Of a DNA stretch of 24,033 nt, positions 18,907 to 24,033 are shown in pieces. The position numbers and the translations under genes are program-made. How positions within the stretch are numbered: position 1 is the stretch's first letter; each line of letters starts with the position of its first letter. The notes beneath the pieces were generated by a model. It was not told the DNA's origin, did not search any database, and saw nothing but the letters and a program-made list of their open reading frames with translations. Source of the DNA: a virus. Lineage: Duplodnaviria; Caudoviricetes. The DNA lies in IMG/VR virus record IMGVR_UViG_3300025513_000061, positions 1-24,033 of that record; one strand, 5' to 3'.

Positions 18907-18917
18907 AATTTATCTCG

Positions 18918-19286
18918 TTAACTTGATGTGCCATCAGGATAAACATACCCCTGATTAATTCTTTGTATTAATCTACCCTCATCTTGACCGATGTAATACA
19001 ACATGTTTCTGTTGTCCCAACGATATTGTGTCCATACTAGATTATCGTATTCTACTTCATGATCTGCTTTAATACCGTCAAGATAGTCAATTCCTGGTAC
19101 GAAATCTTCAAAATTTTCTTCAGGAACTCCTGGAATATTTAACTCTATTGACTCTTTGTCTTTTAATTGATCGCTGCGCAACAAAAATACCTCGCCGTCT
19201 TCGTTGCGACGAAGGGCATACCAATAACGGGGACTATCACCTAATGCGTCGTCTGGACTGGTTCCTAAATAATATGTACTTGGCAT
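18918..19286 (-). CDS. Hypothetical protein (122 aa, acidic/aromatic), probably virion-associated
   Basis: AAGGA SD and tight packing inside the structural operon. No recognised motif. Confidence 0.6.
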   Translation of the reverse strand: MPSTYYLGTSPDDALGDSPRYWYALRRNEDGEVFLLRSDQLKDKESIELNIPGVPEENFEDFVPGIDYLDGIKADHEVEYDNLVWTQYRWDNRNMLYYIGQDEGRLIQRINQGYVYPDGTSS

Positions 19287-19296
19287 AGTTTATTCC

Positions 19297-19629
19297 TTAT
19301 GATATTTCTACGTAGCTAATTGTTGCATCAATGCTATCTGGAGTATCACTAGTTAATCTCAGACCGGTAGTTTCGGGAAGAATTAGTTTTTCTCCCTGAG
19401 TAATAACTTTTACACTGGTGTTTGGAGGAATTATTAGTCCTCGAATGTAATAACTTACTGTAGTGTCTGCACCCACTACTTGAAGATCTGCAACTACGGT
19501 ATCATAGTCTGTTACGTTTGCAAGATTGCAACCAATAACAGTAGCACGAACTCCGGCACCTATTTCTACTACATCTGTCGGAGTAGTACCTACTTGTGTT
19601 ACTAATGAATGTTTAAATACTGTTGGCAT
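19297..19629 (-). CDS. Small beta-rich virion protein (110 aa), family member B
   Basis: ATVIGCNLAN...IIPPNTSV...GEKLIL...DSIDATISYVEI; similar in pattern to the 106 and 133 aa proteins. Confidence 0.6.
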   Translation of the reverse strand: MPTVFKHSLVTQVGTTPTDVVEIGAGVRATVIGCNLANVTDYDTVVADLQVVGADTTVSYYIRGLIIPPNTSVKVITQGEKLILPETTGLRLTSDTPDSIDATISYVEIS

Positions 19630-19638
19630 ATTATATAA

Positions 19639-20691
19639 TTATCCTAATGTTAACGCCCATGAAATTGCAATGTCTTCAGCTTGATTAATACTAACTGCAC
19701 CAGATGAACCTGCAGGACTAGCCCATGTTACACCGTCCCATATTTCGAGAGCTTTTGAAAATGTATTGTAACGAGTCATTCCGACAACTGCATACGCAGT
19801 TGGACGTTGAGCATCATTTCCTACTGGCGGTACAAATCCGTTAGTGCCTTGGATTTTAAAATAACCTGTTCCGCTTTGAACAATTTGACTAACTGCATCT
19901 GCTACAACGTTTGTTATAACATTATCAACGATACGGAAGTTGCCTAATCTTACGCCACCTGCACCATTGCCGTCAATATATAAATCTTGTCCAGTTGTTG
20001 TAGTAATTTCATTATCACGGAACATTAAGTTTCCAACATCTAACGACGGGACATTTATTGCATCAGTGTAAAGATCGTAAGCATACACTGCTCTCCATCG
20101 AAAAGCTGCAGATCCTAAATCATATGTGTTATCGGTTTGCGGAACAAGATCGCTCTTAATTGATGCATTGATAATAATTTCATCAGTTAGTGCATCACCG
20201 ATTTGAATATTTCCACCAATTACTACATTGCCTGTGGCATTAACATTACCAGTAACATCTAAGTTTCCTGTAATATTTGTATTTGCAATAAGATTGATTG
20301 TACCTGCACCGTTTGGATCTAATTCTATAGAACTATTAGAAACCGTTGTTGAAATTGTATTACCTTGCAATTGCAAATCGTCAATCTGCAATCTTGAATG
20401 ATACACAGTAGCTTCACCTGCTGCTGCTGCAAATACAATAGTTGAGTTATCGCTGGTAATTGTATTGCCAGTGAAATGTAAATCACCGACATTTAATTGA
20501 TTATCTACTGTTAAATTTGTAGAACGGATTGTACCGTTTACATCTAGGTCAGTAGTAGGGGTAGATGTCCTTACGCCAATGCGAGAGTTGGTTACGTCAA
20601 GATAGAGTAGATCAGTCTCAAAAGCTAAGTCCACACCATCTCTGAGTAGATTAGACTTTAAGAGCTGACCGGAAATACGACCAATAGCCAT
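19639..20691 (-). CDS. Fibre/baseplate-associated structural protein (350 aa)
   Basis: Start corrected from GTG 20721 to ATG 20691 (MAIGRISG; GGAGAG SD at 20695-20700; matches the paralog N-terminus). Repeats of S-N-x-x-I-x-L-D-P-N-G-x-G, and a PxG...QRP...G-x-x-RYNT...LE-x-x-DG-x-x-W motif. Confidence 0.7.
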   Translation of the reverse strand: MAIGRISGQLLKSNLLRDGVDLAFETDLLYLDVTNSRIGVRTSTPTTDLDVNGTIRSTNLTVDNQLNVGDLHFTGNTITSDNSTIVFAAAAGEATVYHSRLQIDDLQLQGNTISTTVSNSSIELDPNGAGTINLIANTNITGNLDVTGNVNATGNVVIGGNIQIGDALTDEIIINASIKSDLVPQTDNTYDLGSAAFRWRAVYAYDLYTDAINVPSLDVGNLMFRDNEITTTTGQDLYIDGNGAGGVRLGNFRIVDNVITNVVADAVSQIVQSGTGYFKIQGTNGFVPPVGNDAQRPTAYAVVGMTRYNTFSKALEIWDGVTWASPAGSSGAVSINQAEDIAISWALTLG

Positions 20692-20800
20692 TTGCTCTCC
20701 AATAAGGACACCGGGTTTCACGGATTACCTGATTTTCAGCTTGCGCTCTTTGCCGGTATACCACAGTCGGATCTTACAAAAGACTAGTCGCTCTTTGTAA
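20692..20800 (-). ncRNA. Candidate structured cis-regulatory 5' leader RNA
   Basis: One of only two long intergenic gaps in the block, and GC-richer than other gaps. Contains a hairpin at 20774-20800, AGC-GCAA-GCT (GNRA loop, 20738-20747) and CCG-TGAAACC-CGG (20711-20723), located between a late-promoter-like site and the SD. No known family recognised. Confidence 0.45.
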
Positions 20801-20807
20801 TTATAAT

Positions 20808-20815
20808 TATTTATC
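20808..20815 (-). promoter_or_regulatory. Putative late promoter (GATAAATA, 7/8 match)
   Basis: Intergenic, 7 nt upstream of the first leader hairpin. Confidence 0.5.
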
Positions 20816-20827
20816 TATATTGGAAAA

Positions 20828-21916
20828 TTAGCCTAGCATTAACGTGTATATGTTACCTAAGTCAGACATGATGGTTTCAGTCACTTCTTCACCGCCGCCG
20901 GTTGATACTGTCCACACAGAGCCATCAAAACATTCTAGGTATCCTATTTCGGTATTCCATCTAGTTTCACCTACATCCGGACTACTACGTTGTTCGGCAG
21001 TGGTCCCAGAAGGTACCACTATTGCTGACGTGCCTGTAAATTGATAATAACCAATCCCAGTTGATGCAATTGTTATTGGCGTATTTAATAAATTCGTAAT
21101 GTTACTATCTTGCCATTTAGTACTTTCGATATATACAATTCCTGTATCAGGATTTAATAATATATCTTCGTTAGACTGAATAGTAGAAATTTTATTATTA
21201 ACACCGTCTAAGGTCATCTGGCTGCTGATAGTTGCAGATAGCGGGTTTATGCCGCTGCCTTCCCACGGTCCATTATTGATATTTCTCCATTCTGGACTAT
21301 GTAGTTGAGCCCAACGTCTAGGACTAGAGTCGCTTGCATCGGCGCCTAATACGTATGTTAAATCTATGCCAGGTAATAAGTCTTGTGTGAAATCAGTATT
21401 GACTGTAACAGTATCTATTGTCTGATCACCTAAAGTTAAAGTTCCTAAGCCGGTTAGATTTCCAGCCATTGTAATATTTCCGCTTACTGTTAGATTTCCA
21501 GTAATATTGGTATTGGCTAATAATTCAACAGTACCGCTGCCGTTTGGGTCTAACACAATGTTGCTGTTGCTAATACTGCTTATTTTATTTCCATTTAAGT
21601 TAAGAAACTGCGTGGTTAATATATCATGAAATATTTCGTTTCCACTAACATAAACATCAATACCGCCTACTGAAGTTGATATAGTGTTAGCACTTATTCT
21701 TAGGTTGACTGCAGAAAAAACATTATCTACATCTTGGTCTAGAGATTTTATTTCAGAGTTAACATCTAAGTCGTATACAGGAGGAGATGTGTTAATACTA
21801 ATTTTTTGACTGATCGCATCTAAGTAAAGTAGATCAGTTTCAAACGCTAGATCTACACCAGCACGTAGCAGATCGTCTGTTAATGCCTGCCCTCCAATGC
21901 GTCCTAGTTGACTCAT
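20828..21916 (-). CDS. Fibre/baseplate-associated structural protein (362 aa), paralog of 19639..20691
   Basis: Shared N-terminus GRI-x-GQ-x-L-x-x-x-LLR-x-GVDLAFETDLLYLD, LDPNGxGT repeats, ANTNITGNL, and a C-terminal R(W/Y)NT...LE-x-x-DG-x-x-W motif. Confidence 0.7.
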   Translation of the reverse strand: MSQLGRIGGQALTDDLLRAGVDLAFETDLLYLDAISQKISINTSPPVYDLDVNSEIKSLDQDVDNVFSAVNLRISANTISTSVGGIDVYVSGNEIFHDILTTQFLNLNGNKISSISNSNIVLDPNGSGTVELLANTNITGNLTVSGNITMAGNLTGLGTLTLGDQTIDTVTVNTDFTQDLLPGIDLTYVLGADASDSSPRRWAQLHSPEWRNINNGPWEGSGINPLSATISSQMTLDGVNNKISTIQSNEDILLNPDTGIVYIESTKWQDSNITNLLNTPITIASTGIGYYQFTGTSAIVVPSGTTAEQRSSPDVGETRWNTEIGYLECFDGSVWTVSTGGGEEVTETIMSDLGNIYTLMLG

Positions 21917-21917
21917 A

Positions 21918-22493
21918 TTAGTTAGCGTATCCGTAATACACTGTTACGTAAACAGGATTCCCGCCGCCGCCCGAAGCAGGAACAGGAGATGTAAATTTAA
22001 TATACCATCCATCTGCATAAGGTGCATTTGGGCCTGTTAAACTTCCGCTAGAACTTTGTTCAATACTGAAGTTGGTTGTAGAAATTTGCATAACATTTTC
22101 AACTAGCACAATAACGTTGTCGTCGCTTGCAGAATAAGACGTAACAAAACTTGTATTCAACGGTCCAAATACTGTTTCAGTAGCATCACCCGGGCCTAGT
22201 GTTTGTTTTGTAATTGCGGCTGCTACAGGACTTGCTACAGTTACCCAAGTGCCACCTACATATGCTTCAATTGTTGTTAATGATGTGTTGTATCGAATAG
22301 TACCATTAGCATCGGTTGGCTGTCTTACACCTGTTAGTTGAGGGCGTTGTCCTGTAGAACCTTTAGGCAGCATTAATCCGCCGTGGGCATTCATTACTAC
22401 ACGACCTGCAGGGCCGTTAGCATCAGGGTAAGCAATTAATGTTCTGTCATTAATGCTAAACTTGGAAATATTTTTTGTCTTTAAGAATTTCAT
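21918..22493 (-). CDS. Structural protein (191 aa)
   Basis: Start corrected from 22550 to the ATG at 22493 (MKFLKTKN), giving an ATGA overlap with the upstream stop. Contains LPKGSTGQRP...GTIRYNT...IEAYVGGTW and GDATETVFGPL...VIVLVENVMQ (baseplate/fibre-like). Confidence 0.65.
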   Translation of the reverse strand: MKFLKTKNISKFSINDRTLIAYPDANGPAGRVVMNAHGGLMLPKGSTGQRPQLTGVRQPTDANGTIRYNTSLTTIEAYVGGTWVTVASPVAAAITKQTLGPGDATETVFGPLNTSFVTSYSASDDNVIVLVENVMQISTTNFSIEQSSSGSLTGPNAPYADGWYIKFTSPVPASGGGGNPVYVTVYYGYAN

Positions 22494-22891
22494 ACTGCTA
22501 ATGAACTCACAGTTGCTGATAGCAAACTTGCTGCACTCGTGCCAATCCAAATTTCATCGCCGCTTTCTAATACAATACGTTCTTCGCTAAAAAATACAGT
22601 TTCTCCTGCTGGAACATTTAAACTGCTGACAATTAAATTACCTGCAGTATATGATTTCCCACTTCTCACAATGTAAATGTTTACTGTTACACTATTAATC
22701 GTTTCGTCTGTTGCATTAGGTGCACCGGTGTTACACAATGCAATAGTAGTAACTGCATTAGTACGGCCAGTAACTCCACCTGCAATTGGTCCACCTGTGG
22801 TTGAACTTGTAAATGCTTTTACAGGAACAGTAACTGACGTTGAATCAATTAATGCAATCGTACCTTCTGGAGTTTCGTAATTTCTAATCAT
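22490..22891 (-). CDS. Small beta-rich virion protein (133 aa), family member C
   Basis: AVTTIALCNT...LNVPAGETVFFSEERIVLESGDEI; similar in pattern to the 106 and 110 aa proteins. Confidence 0.6.
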   Translation of the reverse strand: MIRNYETPEGTIALIDSTSVTVPVKAFTSSTTGGPIAGGVTGRTNAVTTIALCNTGAPNATDETINSVTVNIYIVRSGKSYTAGNLIVSSLNVPAGETVFFSEERIVLESGDEIWIGTSAASLLSATVSSLAV

Positions 22892-22900
22892 AATTATCTC

Positions 22901-23965
22901 TTAAAATAGCATACTGAATACCAGCGCTTTGTTTTTACTTATTAATTCGCCGTTGCGTTTTGCAACTTCTGCACTGTCGTTAATGAACCAAACTCCTGAT
23001 GAGCCAATACCAGGTTCTGCAGAATATAACAACAGGCTATCGGCTACATAAGTTGGCGTTACTCCAATTTTATCTAACTGCAATGCATAATTAGTTTCTA
23101 GTTTACCGGTGCCAGATGTTTTGATATAAATGTTTTGATCGGATATAGAAGTTTCAGTTCTAATTTCATAATTAACACTGTCAATTTCTAAACCATAAGA
23201 TCCCGATTCACCAAACAATACCTTATCAATATAAAATTGAGTAGACAGCTGACCGTCAACTAATACAGATACTGCACTTTTACTATCAGTATCATATCCT
23301 GTAGTATCTGTAAAGTATGCTAGTGAACCCGGCGTCACTGCATCGTTTGGAGTAACGTCTTTATCTGCAATAATTACACGAGTATCTAATTTGGTAATTT
23401 GGAAAGTTGGATTATTTTGAATTGCGTCGTCAACATATTTTTTGTTTGGTAAATCGTCATCGGCAGTAACTTGGTCTTCATAATTATCTGTACCAAATAC
23501 TTTTACAACTCCAGTTCCTGTTCCAATCAATGTCAAATCGCCGTTATCAGTAGACGAGTTAGTTAAAATTTCTTTTAATCTTATTCTACTAAAATTATAA
23601 TTAAATAAACCAGGAGCAGTACCCTGTGCTATTATCCAGGTGTTGTTGGTTTCATCCCACAACAATGATGCATTGTTTGCAGGCTCAATATTTGTATCAA
23701 CAGAAGCAGTGTTGCCTCTATCAATTTCAATGCCCGAATAACCTAAAGTTACACCCGGGCCAACTTCTCCTTTGTTTAATATAATAACGTTGTCTGTAAT
23801 ATTTAAATTAGCAGCTTCTACCGCTAATGTTTCGCCTTGGACTACAAGATTACCAGTTACGATTACTTGGCCGCCAGCAGCAGATGGTCCAGTGTCAAGT
23901 GTTATATTGGCACCTTCACCTGCTTTAATATTATAATCGCCGTTGACTTGGAGAAATTGTCCCAT
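22901..23965 (-). CDS. Fibre-like structural protein (354 aa)
   Basis: AGGA SD. Contains VTGNLVVQG...NLNITDNVIILNKGE...SGIEIDRG...LLWDETNNTW and PNKKYVD, patterns typical of phage tail fibre/structural proteins. Confidence 0.65.
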   Translation of the reverse strand: MGQFLQVNGDYNIKAGEGANITLDTGPSAAGGQVIVTGNLVVQGETLAVEAANLNITDNVIILNKGEVGPGVTLGYSGIEIDRGNTASVDTNIEPANNASLLWDETNNTWIIAQGTAPGLFNYNFSRIRLKEILTNSSTDNGDLTLIGTGTGVVKVFGTDNYEDQVTADDDLPNKKYVDDAIQNNPTFQITKLDTRVIIADKDVTPNDAVTPGSLAYFTDTTGYDTDSKSAVSVLVDGQLSTQFYIDKVLFGESGSYGLEIDSVNYEIRTETSISDQNIYIKTSGTGKLETNYALQLDKIGVTPTYVADSLLLYSAEPGIGSSGVWFINDSAEVAKRNGELISKNKALVFSMLF

Positions 23966-23979
23966 TACTATTTCCTAGA

Positions 23980-24033
23980 TTATAGTGCTGTTAACTGAAT
24001 GTAATCGCTTGAAGAATCGTTTAATAGAATCCA
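23980..24033 (-). CDS. C-terminal end of an upstream gene (5'-truncated by window edge)
   Basis: Open frame ...WILLNDSSSDYIQLTAL* ending at TAA 23982-23980, just upstream of the next SD and start. Confidence 0.5.
   Translation of the reverse strand, partial: WILLNDSSSDYIQLTAL

Noticed and set aside
20692-20800. Assignment of the leader to the c-di-GMP-I riboswitch or a hammerhead ribozyme
   Set aside because: GGCAAA/GCGCAAGC and CTGA/GAAAC fragments are only superficial matches. The c-di-GMP-I stem arrangement and the hammerhead CUGANGA core are missing.
1-24033. Stop-codon reassignment (no called gene ends in TAG; TGA is used only in two ATGA overlaps)
   Set aside because: Genes up to 7.5 kb are uninterrupted under the standard code and coding density is already near complete. 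TAA preference fits an AT-rich genome.

Overview
This 24-kb window is a tightly packed, entirely minus-strand late/structural gene block of a large tailed phage. A T4-like or jumbo myovirus is inferred from TATAAATA-type late promoters and the protein architectures; the host cannot be determined. In transcription order (right to left) it encodes several fibre/baseplate-type proteins of 110-362 aa, then two paralogous giant proteins (1868 and 2522 aa) with CBM5/12-like repeats, a pectin-lyase-like beta-helix and Asp-box repeats. These are followed by a small beta-rich protein and a gp34-like fibre protein. Next come three paralogous Gly/Cys-rich adhesin-like proteins with exactly 26 Cys each and a tail-fibre assembly chaperone. 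After a terminator and a new late promoter come a GT9-like glycosyltransferase and the start of a NodU/CmcH-type carbamoyltransferase. Four ORF-track starts are corrected and two truncated edge genes are added. The most interesting leads are the 26-Cys triplet with adjacent late modification enzymes, a structured-looking 5' leader RNA at 20692-20800, phycobiliprotein-like KCxRD repeats in the giant proteins, and a recurring 'hydrophobic C-terminal helix + small partner gene' module. All functional calls come from motif recognition by eye; no database search was run.
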